Virus record (IMG/VR): IMGVR_UViG_3300033388_006544
Location: 1-56,547 of that record
Reading direction: 5' to 3' (one strand)
DNA: 56,547 nucleotides
Source of the DNA: a virus
Lineage: Duplodnaviria > Caudoviricetes
Below the pieces are notes generated by a model. The model saw only the letters and a program-made list of their open reading frames with translations. It was not told where the DNA came from and made no database searches. The position numbers were made by a program, and so were the translations under genes. This document shows, one piece after another, positions 19,969 through 28,643 of this stretch. Each line of letters opens with the position of its first letter. The first letter of the stretch is position 1.

Positions 19969-20208
19969 ATGATGTTTTTATATAAAATTTCACAAGATGT
20001 AAATGAAGATTGTGACACTTTTACCTCGGCTATAGTTTGCGCCGACAATAAAGAAGAGGCAAGGATGATACATCCTGACGGATTAGAATGGGACGGCCGG
20101 CCTGGGCGTTATTGGTGCGCATCGAAAGACGTTATGGTGTCAGGTGTAGGTGTATCTTTCGACTACATAAAAAAAGGCGTTATTTTGGCTTCCGCCGAGG
20201 ATCTATAA
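19969..20208 (+). CDS. Conserved phage hypothetical protein
   Basis: SAIVCADNKEEARMIHP...GVILAS; good RBS. Confidence 0.7.
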   Translation: MMFLYKISQDVNEDCDTFTSAIVCADNKEEARMIHPDGLEWDGRPGRYWCASKDVMVSGVGVSFDYIKKGVILASAEDL

Positions 20209-20219
20209 GGAGACGGCAA

Positions 20220-20693
20220 ATGTTAGAATCAAAAGATACAATGACGTTGGAAGGTAATCCACTGGATTTTTTCGGTGGTGATACCGAAGAAAGCCCGGTC
20301 GATATCGTTCTACTCGCAGAACAATATGGAAAGGAAAAGACAAGCATAAAGACCGAAGAGAATAATCTTAAAGGCAGAAAAGAAAAGTTACTTAAAAAAG
20401 AGACCGAACTTTTTGCTATAATGGAAGGCTTGAATCTGGAATCTTTCAGTTCTACAGAACATACTTTTTTTAAAAAAGTTGACTCTTACGCATCAGTTGA
20501 CGCCAGCAGTACAGAAAAAGCCCATGAGTGGATAAGGGGTGCCGGATTTGATGACATAATAAAGCTGGCTGTCAACGCCAGATCATTATCAGCGGCAATA
20601 AAAGAAAACTTTGAGACCACTGGAGAGGTTCCTGGAGAAAATGAGGGAATAAAAATTCGAACAGTTAACAGGGTGGGGGTAAGAAAAAGATGA
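20220..20693 (+). CDS. Replication/recombination-module protein (coiled coil + beta domain)
   Basis: AAGGAG RBS before ATG 20220; W+R..G..DIIK..VNARSL motif typical of SNF2/VRR-NUC modules. Confidence 0.7.
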   Translation: MLESKDTMTLEGNPLDFFGGDTEESPVDIVLLAEQYGKEKTSIKTEENNLKGRKEKLLKKETELFAIMEGLNLESFSSTEHTFFKKVDSYASVDASSTEKAHEWIRGAGFDDIIKLAVNARSLSAAIKENFETTGEVPGENEGIKIRTVNRVGVRKR

Positions 20694-20869
20694 AAATGGT
20701 TGAGTTTACGTTGTTTACGGACAACAAAATTACTTTTGTCGTTAATAATATATCTGCTATTGAAAATGCGAGTCCCGTACAAACCTCAATATATGTTGTC
20801 GGCGACCAGGAAGAGTACACAGTACTTGAGACTTACGAAAACGTAGTCAAAAAAATAGCAGAAGCATAA
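20690..20869 (+). CDS. 59-aa FlbD/SwrD-like protein, copy 1 (not in ORF track)
   Basis: MKMVEFTLFTDNKITFVVNNISAIE...TVLETYENVVKKI. Confidence 0.65.
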   Translation: MKMVEFTLFTDNKITFVVNNISAIENASPVQTSIYVVGDQEEYTVLETYENVVKKIAEA

Positions 20870-20922
20870 AATACTTTAATCTAAAATATGAAAATAGTTA
20901 ACGGAGTGGGAGTAGGAAAGAG

Positions 20923-21102
20923 ATGAAAATGGTTGAGTTTACGTCAAAGATTGGTAATAACATTACTATTGCTGTTGATAAAATACAATTTTTTCTTCGT
21001 TTCGATGACAACAACACCACAATATATTTTACAGGTGATCCTGACGGTTTTAAACTGCAAGAAACCTACGAAAACGTAGTAAAAAAAATAGCAGAAGCAT
21101 AA
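20923..21102 (+). CDS. 59-aa FlbD/SwrD-like protein, copy 2 (not in ORF track)
   Basis: MKMVEFTSKIGNNITIAVDKIQFF...KLQETYENVVKKI. Confidence 0.65.
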   Translation: MKMVEFTSKIGNNITIAVDKIQFFLRFDDNNTTIYFTGDPDGFKLQETYENVVKKIAEA

Positions 21103-21133
21103 ACAACCAAAGAAAAAAGGAGAAAAGTACAAA

Positions 21134-21832
21134 ATGGCAGAGACAAAAGACGTAGCAGTCAAGGTAGGAGAATATATGCCGGTAGTCGGCGCAGACCAGT
21201 TCGACCTCGGTGATAACATGGAAGGAGTTGAGGCACAGCTTCCACAAATAAAGATACTCCATCAAGCTGAAATGTTTCTTCTTCCCGATGGTTCCAAGGT
21301 ACAGACATTTACCGGAGTTATCATTGATATGAACAGAACAAATGCTTACTGGATCAAATCTTACGAAAATGGAAGTACCGATCTTCCAGATTGCTTCAGT
21401 TTGAACGGCGTAACCCCGGACATGTCCTCCCAGGATATACAGAGTGAGTCTGGAAGTTGTGTCGATTGCCCAATGAACCAATTTGGGAGTTGTTCGAGCG
21501 GTGGCAAAGGTAAGGCATGTAGGAACAATAAAAGGGTACACGTTTTGGTAGGCGGGTCCATGATGCCTATGCGTTTGACATCTCCGCCGACCAGCATAAA
21601 ATCGATTGACCTATACGTATCTCTTTTAACTTCGCAAAGTATACCTTATCAGTTGGTTGAAACTGAGTTTTCGCTTAACCAGATCAGTGATACTGTGAGC
21701 GAAGTGATTTTACGGAAGGTTGGTCCCGCCTCAATAGTGAAGACCGTCGAAGACGCACAAAAACTCAAAGCGCTTATCACTCAGTGGCGAGGAATAATGC
21801 GTGGAGAAATAATTACCGGAAACGAAACATAG
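21134..21832 (+). CDS. Putative ssDNA-binding protein with Cys cluster
   Basis: PDCFS..CVDCPMNQFGS..GKGKAC..PPTSIK pattern; sits in the replication module. Confidence 0.6.
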   Translation: MAETKDVAVKVGEYMPVVGADQFDLGDNMEGVEAQLPQIKILHQAEMFLLPDGSKVQTFTGVIIDMNRTNAYWIKSYENGSTDLPDCFSLNGVTPDMSSQDIQSESGSCVDCPMNQFGSCSSGGKGKACRNNKRVHVLVGGSMMPMRLTSPPTSIKSIDLYVSLLTSQSIPYQLVETEFSLNQISDTVSEVILRKVGPASIVKTVEDAQKLKALITQWRGIMRGEIITGNET

Positions 21833-21899
21833 AGATTTTAACGATAGCCCGGCCTAACAGCGGTCGGACTGAATTTTCTTAAATGGAGAAATTGTAAAA

Positions 21900-22154
21900 A
21901 TGAAAATAGATACGGATTTGATCAAGCAAGTGTCGGATGGGGTAAATTCTACAGAAACTAAAGAAGCAGCGGCGCTTGAAGGCCAGGTATCAATCTCTTT
22001 CCAGAATAATGACGGGATAGAATCTTCCGAATTATTTCTGCGGAATCTCGGTCTGGCCGTGGCTGATACCGGAGGGGCGCAGAAGGTGAAGGCTATTGTT
22101 GAGCAATGGAGAGGAATAATGCGTGGAGAAATAATTACTGGAAACGAAACATAG
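21900..22154 (+). CDS. Chimeric protein made of parts of both neighbours
   Basis: N-terminus matches the 22227 ORF; C-terminus matches the 21134 ORF. Confidence 0.7.
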   Translation: MKIDTDLIKQVSDGVNSTETKEAAALEGQVSISFQNNDGIESSELFLRNLGLAVADTGGAQKVKAIVEQWRGIMRGEIITGNET

Positions 22155-22226
22155 GGATTTTATCAATAGCCAGGCCTGTCAACGGCCAGATAAAGGCCTG
22201 GCTGAACTTCATTTAAAGGAGAAAAA

Positions 22227-22472
22227 ATGAAAATAGATACGGATTTGATTAAACAAATATCGGATGGAGTAAATTCTTTATTGGGTGATTACAGTACCGA
22301 GATTGAAGAGGCAGCGGAGCTTGATGGCATAGTGACAATCTCTTTGCCTGTCAAACTCGAAGAGGACGGACCAAATACCAACATCTGTGTGGGAATATCT
22401 TTTGTTAAGACAAAGATTAAAGATGCGGTCACTATGGTTGCGTCACCGCAGAAAGAACTTTTTGAGGATTAA
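22227..22472 (+). CDS. Hypothetical protein
   Basis: AAGGAG RBS; ends QKELFED (possible clamp-binding-like motif). Confidence 0.7.
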   Translation: MKIDTDLIKQISDGVNSLLGDYSTEIEEAAELDGIVTISLPVKLEEDGPNTNICVGISFVKTKIKDAVTMVASPQKELFED

Positions 22473-22485
22473 TAAGGAGACTCTA

Positions 22486-22770
22486 ATGGAACCAATGAAA
22501 GTAAACATTGAAATAGACCTTACTCCTGACGATCTTGCTAATCTTTTTATTGAATGTAGCAGCGACGAACAAGGAGAATTTCTCAATTCAGTTGGCAAAC
22601 ATTTCAAGCGATCCGATTTTGATGCAGAGTTGCAGCACCTCATCATTACGGACGAAATAAACGAAGATGGCAAACATTTTATTTACACTTTGGCTAATTT
22701 CCTGAAAATGCAAAGAATATCTTGCGGATTGTCAAAAGAAGAAACTTTCTTCAATTCTTACGAAGATTAG
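22486..22770 (+). CDS. Hypothetical protein
   Basis: AAGGAG RBS before ATG 22486. Confidence 0.65.
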   Translation: MEPMKVNIEIDLTPDDLANLFIECSSDEQGEFLNSVGKHFKRSDFDAELQHLIITDEINEDGKHFIYTLANFLKMQRISCGLSKEETFFNSYED

Positions 22771-22792
22771 AACAGTTAATGGAGTTATATCT

Positions 22793-23110
22793 ATGAACAG
22801 CATGAGTGTTTCTGATAGTTGGGAATTCCGTGCGAGTCCCGATTATATCCCTCCATCTAACCCAACAAACTGGAAGGAATGCCCTAAATGTGGACACAAG
22901 CCGAGAGTGTGGATATTTGATAACGGACGGTCTGCAAAATGTCAATGTTGCGAAAGGTACGGTCCTCCGATGGCACGTGCCGAATCAGTTATGTGCCATT
23001 ATCAAAGATGCGGTGGTACTGAGGGATATGATTGCGACGGGCTGCTTAATGTATGGAATAAGTATGTGGATACAGGGTTAATACAAAGACTTCTTCCTGG
23101 ATGGTGGTAA
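22793..23110 (+). CDS. Zinc-finger hypothetical protein
   Basis: CPKCG...CQCC; GGAG RBS. Confidence 0.65.
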   Translation: MNSMSVSDSWEFRASPDYIPPSNPTNWKECPKCGHKPRVWIFDNGRSAKCQCCERYGPPMARAESVMCHYQRCGGTEGYDCDGLLNVWNKYVDTGLIQRLLPGWW

Positions 23111-23116
23111 GATAAT

Positions 23117-24643
23117 ATGCCTAAAATATATAAAGTGATTGGTCCTCCTGGAACTGGTAAGACAGCTTATCTGTTGCGCCAAATAGAAAAAGCGTGCGAC
23201 AAGTATTTTCCTAAGGACCTCGGTGTCGTCTCTTATACAGTGGCCTCAGTCGCTGAGGCCCGCATGAGAGTAGAGAAAAAGCTGAATGTTACTTTCAAAG
23301 ATATTCCAAATATTAGGACCATTCATAGCCATTGTTTCAAGCTTCTTGGTACAAAAAAAGATGATGTAATGGAAACGGCCAAAAACATCCGAGAATTCAA
23401 TGAAATGTACCCGGCCTTTGCAATATCAGGTGGAGGAAAAAACGAAGACGGACAAAGAGAATACGAGGGAAACGATAAGGTTTTTAACCAGATGCAAATA
23501 CTGCGCAGCCAGCTTGTACCTAAAAACGAGTGGCCGGCAGAATGTGTAGAGTTCGGCAAAGTCTGGTCTATGTATATGTTAAATGAGGGCAAAGTCGATT
23601 TTAATGGTATGTTGGAGGAGTGTATCCGTAGAGAGCTCTCGCCAGAGATTAAGATCCTTATGGTCGACGAGGCACAAGATCTCCCGGCGCTACAGACTGC
23701 ACTGATTCGGCAATGGGGTGAGCAGTGCGACTCTGTATTGTGGGCCGGTGATGCAAATCAGTGCGTGTTTCGGTTTGCCGGTGCTGACCCCAACAGTTTT
23801 ATTAATCTCGAGGCGGATAAAGTCATACCGCTTACCCAATCCTATCGACTGTCACAGGCGGTACTCAGTAAGTCGGTCGAGATTATTCGGCAGGCAAACA
23901 TTAAAGAACTGGTTGACTTTGAGTCAACATTAGAGTATGGTAAGGGTCAGGTTATAAACGTCCAGCAACCGGACTTGTCACTGCCAGGCACACATATGAT
24001 CTTGTGCCGTTGCAACTACCAGGTTAAGCCGTATATTGCAGCACTAAGAAAACAAAATATTCCCTTTTGTAACCAATATCGAAAAGAAGATAAAACTTGG
24101 AATCCCCTGGATCTTGATGGTGCTAAATCAATCAAGATATACCTGAGGATGCTAAAGGGCGAAGAGCTTAACATTTATGAGGTCAAGCAAATGGCAAAAA
24201 ACTGTGTAGCCAAGCTTTGCCTGGCACGTGGATCCAAAAAGAAAATTGAAAGTTTACCGCTCACAGAAAAAAAGACTTATGAATTTTTTGGTTTACTCGG
24301 CATGGGTTTCCTGGGAACATTTTTGGAAAAGCAGGGTAAAATCTCGGATTATTTTAAGGTAAAATCTGAGAGTAAAGACCTTGTGTACCACTTAGCCGCA
24401 AACAATCCAGATCAATTTTTTGAGACCCCGAAAGTGTGTGTAGGGACTTACCATTCAGCAAAAGGAGGAGAGGCTGACCATGTTTGGCTAGACGCCGGGA
24501 TAACAGCGAGAATAAAAAAAGCTATGCAGAAGGATAGTGATGCGTGGGACGACGAGTGTCGTTGTGCTTACGTGGCTGTCACTAGGGCGAGAAAAACTGT
24601 TGGTATCATGCACAGCAGAGGATACCGCAACCCGTTTTTATAG
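23117..24643 (+). CDS. UvrD-like SF1 helicase
   Basis: GPPGTGKT, RTIHS, VDEAQD, GDANQ, QSYR, TYHSAKGGEAD, YVAVTRAR. Confidence 0.93.
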   Translation: MPKIYKVIGPPGTGKTAYLLRQIEKACDKYFPKDLGVVSYTVASVAEARMRVEKKLNVTFKDIPNIRTIHSHCFKLLGTKKDDVMETAKNIREFNEMYPAFAISGGGKNEDGQREYEGNDKVFNQMQILRSQLVPKNEWPAECVEFGKVWSMYMLNEGKVDFNGMLEECIRRELSPEIKILMVDEAQDLPALQTALIRQWGEQCDSVLWAGDANQCVFRFAGADPNSFINLEADKVIPLTQSYRLSQAVLSKSVEIIRQANIKELVDFESTLEYGKGQVINVQQPDLSLPGTHMILCRCNYQVKPYIAALRKQNIPFCNQYRKEDKTWNPLDLDGAKSIKIYLRMLKGEELNIYEVKQMAKNCVAKLCLARGSKKKIESLPLTEKKTYEFFGLLGMGFLGTFLEKQGKISDYFKVKSESKDLVYHLAANNPDQFFETPKVCVGTYHSAKGGEADHVWLDAGITARIKKAMQKDSDAWDDECRCAYVAVTRARKTVGIMHSRGYRNPFL

Positions 24644-24653
24644 GAGATTAATT

Positions 24654-25094
24654 ATGGATATTGTCAAAGTTGAAGCAACTACATTTATGATATCAGAGAA
24701 GAAGTTTGACGAATTGATGGAAAAAGCAGCAAAAGAAGGATATGAAAAGGGTAAAGAAGAAGGCAAGCATAACTGGAGCAAAGGTTATGATATTGGTTAC
24801 AAAACAGGACGTTCGATTGGTTATGAAACAGGACGTTCGACTGGTTATAAAGATGGAAAAAAAGATGGCTATAAAATCGGCTGGGACACAGGCCATGATA
24901 TTGGCTATGACAAAGGACACGAAAATGGCTGGGACACTGGATGGGATACTGGCTATAATACAGGATATGCGGCCGGATCAGAACTTGGGAACAAAAAAAA
25001 TGATTATGGTGATGATCGGACAGATGGCTATGTAATCGGATGGAGCACAGGCTATAACGCCGGCTATGACAGAGGGAAATTAAACTGTGGGTAA
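24654..25094 (+). CDS. GxxxG-repeat protein (FliH/Yae1-like repeat)
   Basis: AGGAG RBS; 18 consecutive period-4 glycines. Confidence 0.8.
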   Translation: MDIVKVEATTFMISEKKFDELMEKAAKEGYEKGKEEGKHNWSKGYDIGYKTGRSIGYETGRSTGYKDGKKDGYKIGWDTGHDIGYDKGHENGWDTGWDTGYNTGYAAGSELGNKKNDYGDDRTDGYVIGWSTGYNAGYDRGKLNCG

Positions 25095-25437
25095 GCACAA
25101 AAAAATAAAAGAAGATTTTGAATGTCTAAAATGTGGTCACTGTATAACCAGGGTGTTTGAGTCAAAAAAAGATCTTAAGTCGTGGTGTGGTAGGAAAACG
25201 ATAAAACCCAACAGGGCCTGGATCAGAGAGATTAAAACTGTAGGGAAAATACGTCTCGTGTGGTGCGAGAGGCAGACAGATCAGTATTCTTCTCATGGAT
25301 TTTCTCCAAGAAACGCTTGTCCCAGTAACACATTAGGACGTTGCGAAAAATGCGAAGTATCCTACACTAATCCCAATTTAAAGACTTTTATTCGTGACAC
25401 GGGAGGGCGGTGTCCTTACCGCACGGTGCAATTATGA
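25087..25437 (+). CDS. Cys-rich hypothetical protein
   Basis: CLKCGHC, CEKC and further Cys residues. Confidence 0.6.
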   Translation: MGKHKKIKEDFECLKCGHCITRVFESKKDLKSWCGRKTIKPNRAWIREIKTVGKIRLVWCERQTDQYSSHGFSPRNACPSNTLGRCEKCEVSYTNPNLKTFIRDTGGRCPYRTVQL

Positions 25438-25679
25438 GTTATAAATCTTTAGCACTAACACTACTTTTGGACGCTGTAGACGACGTGACTGGTCAAGATC
25501 GCACAGATTTACAGCACGTTATATATAAGGATACAACGAAAGGGAAAAGGTTGGAGCTAAAGGAAAATGCGCTCGACTTCTTTTTCTCTGAAGAATCTGA
25601 ACCATATTTGTATTTTTGGTGTTCAGTGGCCGAAGAACCGATTGCCAGATTCAGGGAACTTTTGAAAGAATATCAATAA
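25434..25679 (+). CDS. Hypothetical protein
   Basis: ATGA overlap with the previous gene; ALDFFFS...FWC motif. Confidence 0.6.
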   Translation: MSYKSLALTLLLDAVDDVTGQDRTDLQHVIYKDTTKGKRLELKENALDFFFSEESEPYLYFWCSVAEEPIARFRELLKEYQ

Positions 25680-25695
25680 AAGTTCCTAGGAGGGC

Positions 25696-25745
25696 TTGAC
25701 TTTTCCTCAGGAAGATTTATATTGTTTCTAACAGACAAAAAAATC
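25696..25745 (+). promoter_or_regulatory. Repeated promoter cassette, copy 1
   Basis: TTGACT-N16-TATATT followed by GTTTCTAACAGACAAAAA. Confidence 0.8.
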
Positions 25746-25762
25746 TAACTACTGGAGAAAAA

Positions 25763-26032
25763 ATGAACATTAATACTTTTGAAGATCGTGGAACGTATTA
25801 CCAAAACATGGAGATGATCGAAAAAGAGATTGTCTTGAGCATGGGGAGTCACCTGCTTTATGATATATCAGATGTTTTGGATGTGCAAATAATAAAAATT
25901 TATGACAAAAAATTCTACGACGTTGCATGGAAAAATACTACCTCTGATGCCAAAGATGTAAGCGGATCTTATTTTTTCGGAGAAGCGCTCATTTTTAGAG
26001 GCGTTGCCGGGCGTCTAGCCTGGGAAGGTTAG
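25763..26032 (+). CDS. Hypothetical early protein
   Basis: Directly downstream of promoter copy 1; GGAG RBS. Confidence 0.65.
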   Translation: MNINTFEDRGTYYQNMEMIEKEIVLSMGSHLLYDISDVLDVQIIKIYDKKFYDVAWKNTTSDAKDVSGSYFFGEALIFRGVAGRLAWEG

Positions 26033-26117
26033 TCTTTTTTTGTCTCAACCTCAGGCCCTGCGAGGACAGGGCTTGAAATGGATACAAAAAATAACCTTAA
26101 CCAGATGTGATAGGGGT

Positions 26118-26285
26118 ATGAAGATGAAATTAAAAGAAATGGAACAAAGAGAAGTTTTCCAAATGTTTAGACCAGCTCCATGGAGCTTTACGGCAGACAG
26201 CAAATTCGAAAGACCAAAGAAAGCGGCAACGAATAAAAAGAAACATCGCAAGGTGGTGCAAGCATCCAGGAAGGAAAACAGATAA
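26118..26285 (+). CDS. Small basic hypothetical protein
   Basis: AGGGG RBS before ATG 26118; ends KKHRKVVQASRKENR. Confidence 0.55.
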   Translation: MKMKLKEMEQREVFQMFRPAPWSFTADSKFERPKKAATNKKKHRKVVQASRKENR

Positions 26286-26288
26286 TGA

Positions 26289-26537
26289 CTACCTTACTCT
26301 CCTGTGGCAATTTCCGCAAATCCAACAGGTCTGACCTGACCGAACCTTCATTTTTTTTACAGCGAAAGGTTCGAAGCAGAAAGGACAGTCCCTATGTTGC
26401 CATTTCTCAGAATCAGGAGAGTAAGGGTTTCCTTGATGCTGCTTACGCTGACTATCTGTAGCTAGATTGCCCTCTCCCGGGTCAAAGCAGTCAGCATAGT
26501 CAAATTCGTCGTTGGTATTCGGTAAAATACTCATCAT
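26289..26537 (-). CDS. Zinc-ribbon hypothetical protein (counter-oriented)
   Basis: CPFC...CGNC; fills a gap between + strand genes. Confidence 0.5.
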   Translation of the reverse strand: MMSILPNTNDEFDYADCFDPGEGNLATDSQRKQHQGNPYSPDSEKWQHRDCPFCFEPFAVKKMKVRSGQTCWICGNCHRRVR

Positions 26538-26570
26538 AACGCAACATACAACATGTGAGAGGTGTGCGCC

Positions 26571-26768
26571 ATGATTGGATTAGGTAAAGTTACATATTAC
26601 AACGCTGATGGTACCACGGATTGGCTAAGGACTATAGTTAGGACGGTTTACTACTATGCAGATCATGACGCATCATACGTTATGTCGGTAGCAGCAAAAA
26701 GAGCGCAAAAATTATATTATCGAAAAACAGATATTCGAACAATATTAGGTTTGGGAGGCAAATTATGA
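26571..26768 (+). CDS. Hypothetical protein
   Basis: GAGG RBS; ATGA overlap with the next gene. Confidence 0.55.
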   Translation: MIGLGKVTYYNADGTTDWLRTIVRTVYYYADHDASYVMSVAAKRAQKLYYRKTDIRTILGLGGKL

Positions 26769-26920
26769 AAGCTGTATACACAGAAAGACAGATAATGGCA
26801 GAGCTGGGAGACGTCGAGGAGATCCTGGATTTTTTGGAGATGGCCGAAGTTTGTACAACGGAAGAACTTGTCGACCTGCTGGACGGTCAACTTGCCGAAT
26901 ACAACTCGGAGGTGTCCTGA
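26765..26920 (+). CDS. 51-aa acidic protein (not in ORF track)
   Basis: MKAVYTERQIMAELGDVEEILDFLE...; GGAGG RBS; coupled on both sides. Confidence 0.6.
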   Translation: MKAVYTERQIMAELGDVEEILDFLEMAEVCTTEELVDLLDGQLAEYNSEVS

Positions 26921-27234
26921 TGGTTAAAAAAACTCCCATAATGGACCACATAGCATTCAGGGAGATTACAAAAAAACTCAGGATGACACTCAACGAAGTG
27001 TCTGAGGCCCTGGACGTTGAGCTTAGTTTCGTGAAAATGATGAATGAAGGTGAATGGGCTGTCCCTCGACCAATAGCCAAACTTTTGCGCACTCTGCTGT
27101 TAATGAAACGGGGACATGCAGAAAAGAATAACGCTCGTTACAACCAAGGATACAAAGACGGATTTAACAGTGGGCACGGTATGGGATATAATGATGGATA
27201 TTTTGACGGGAGAAGGGCAGAGGTAGGACATTGA
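26920..27234 (+). CDS. XRE-like HTH protein with C-terminal GxxxG repeat
   Basis: LRMTLNEVSEALDV..SFVKMMNEG..AVPRPIAKLL then QGYKDGFNSGHGMGYNDGYFDG; GGAGG RBS. Confidence 0.7.
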   Translation: MVKKTPIMDHIAFREITKKLRMTLNEVSEALDVELSFVKMMNEGEWAVPRPIAKLLRTLLLMKRGHAEKNNARYNQGYKDGFNSGHGMGYNDGYFDGRRAEVGH

Positions 27235-27494
27235 AATTAAAAACAAACAACAAGGGGATATCGGCGAGTGTATTGCTGGCATGTGCCGAAATTGGCAACG
27301 AATTTGCCGATGGATATTCGGACGGATATGCTATAGGATACGATATGGGATATAAGTGCGAAACGAAAAACAAAAATACGATCCTTATAGATAAAACGGG
27401 GCAAGAATATATTAAAGGATATGTTGATGGGCTTAAGAGCGGATACGGTAACGGATACGGAGACGGACGATGTGGTGGACGAAAGGGTCGATGA
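27231..27494 (+). CDS. GxxxG-repeat protein
   Basis: DGYSDGYAIGYDMGY and KGYVDGLKSGYGNGYGDG. Confidence 0.7.
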   Translation: MKLKTNNKGISASVLLACAEIGNEFADGYSDGYAIGYDMGYKCETKNKNTILIDKTGQEYIKGYVDGLKSGYGNGYGDGRCGGRKGR

Positions 27495-27718
27495 AAAATA
27501 TAAGTGTTGACATACTGGACGATGAAGACGAGAGTGAGTGCGAGAATGAATATGAGAGTGGATACGACGACGGATTTAGGGATGGATATGATGACGCGTA
27601 TGATTATGACCCTGAAGATGAAATCCCGAGAAAAACCCCAGACGAAGACCTGGACGGGTGCAGCGCCAAATATAGCGCCGGATATAAAACCGGATACAGA
27701 AATGGATTTAAAGAGTAG
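27491..27718 (+). CDS. Acidic GxxxG-repeat protein
   Basis: SGYDDGFRDGYDD and AGYKTGYRNGF; ATGA overlap. Confidence 0.7.
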   Translation: MKNISVDILDDEDESECENEYESGYDDGFRDGYDDAYDYDPEDEIPRKTPDEDLDGCSAKYSAGYKTGYRNGFKE

Positions 27719-27790
27719 TGTGAAGAGTAGTGTGAAGATTATGACGACCAACACTTTTCAAAAAATATCGATAAAAATTGCTCCAAGCAC

Positions 27791-27840
27791 TTGACTTTTC
27801 TCTCATATGATATATATTGTTTCTAACAGACAAAAATCTA
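27791..27840 (+). promoter_or_regulatory. Repeated promoter cassette, copy 2
   Basis: TTGACT-N16-TATATT followed by GTTTCTAACAGACAAAAA. Confidence 0.8.
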
Positions 27841-27858
27841 ACCACTGGAGGAACAGAA

Positions 27859-28134
27859 ATGATACACGACAAAAAAGACCCATCATACAATTTTGTTTAT
27901 GACGTAGCATATGAGGATGGATACGATGACGGATTTGATGACGGCTACAATCTTATTACATATAGCGAAGTATGTGATACCGAAGGATTAGACGCTCGAA
28001 GTGCTCTCGGGGATACATACGATGATATAGATATCTCGGATGATATTTCAGATGACGCCTATCTGGAAGGGTATACTATAGGCTATGATGTTGGATACAG
28101 TGCTGGTCGTGACGCAGAGGGTAACCCAAAATGA
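27859..28134 (+). CDS. Acidic GxxxG-repeat protein
   Basis: DGYDDGFDDGY and EGYTIGYDVGYSAG; GGAGG RBS directly after promoter copy 2. Confidence 0.75.
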   Translation: MIHDKKDPSYNFVYDVAYEDGYDDGFDDGYNLITYSEVCDTEGLDARSALGDTYDDIDISDDISDDAYLEGYTIGYDVGYSAGRDAEGNPK

Positions 28135-28436
28135 AAAGAATGGTGGCGGTAGACCTAAGCCGGGCATATCTCCTGGCCAGGCACAACTACGAAGGAAAAA
28201 AGGTCTTAGCTGATACCTGGCTAAGTGCAGAGCGACGCTGTAAGGCAATAACGCTCTACGTCGAGACAGGTAAAGACTTCAACACCTTCTTCCATCGGCT
28301 GAAAGATGTACCGCCATCTCTGTGGTACGTCTTGTCGGTCAAAGCGCTGGAAACCTTTCGAGATAATTTAGACGAAATATGGCATTATGCCTATTCGGGC
28401 AAACTCAACAAAATCGTGTGGTTGGTAGGAGAATAG
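28131..28436 (+). CDS. Hypothetical protein
   Basis: ATGA overlap with the previous gene. Confidence 0.6.
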   Translation: MKRMVAVDLSRAYLLARHNYEGKKVLADTWLSAERRCKAITLYVETGKDFNTFFHRLKDVPPSLWYVLSVKALETFRDNLDEIWHYAYSGKLNKIVWLVGE

Positions 28437-28438
28437 TT

Positions 28439-28642
28439 ATGATAGTTAACGGATTATACACTGGAAGCAAGGGTAGTAAGACACAAGATTTAAGGAGATT
28501 CACTGAACAGTGGGCAGATTTCTCAGATGCCGAAGCTCAGATACTCGATAAAGATGATGCAGATTTTATCGGTGGCAGTCTTTTTCCAAAAGAATGGGTC
28601 TCTGACTATTGCGCCCAACCGACTATTAACGTGGCAGAATAA
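28439..28642 (+). CDS. Hypothetical protein
   Basis: AGGAG RBS before ATG 28439. Confidence 0.55.
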   Translation: MIVNGLYTGSKGSKTQDLRRFTEQWADFSDAEAQILDKDDADFIGGSLFPKEWVSDYCAQPTINVAE

Positions 28643-28643
28643 T

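Noticed and set aside
20690-22350. Diversity-generating retroelement TR/VR pairs
   Set aside because: No reverse transcriptase, and differences between duplicates are not adenine-specific.
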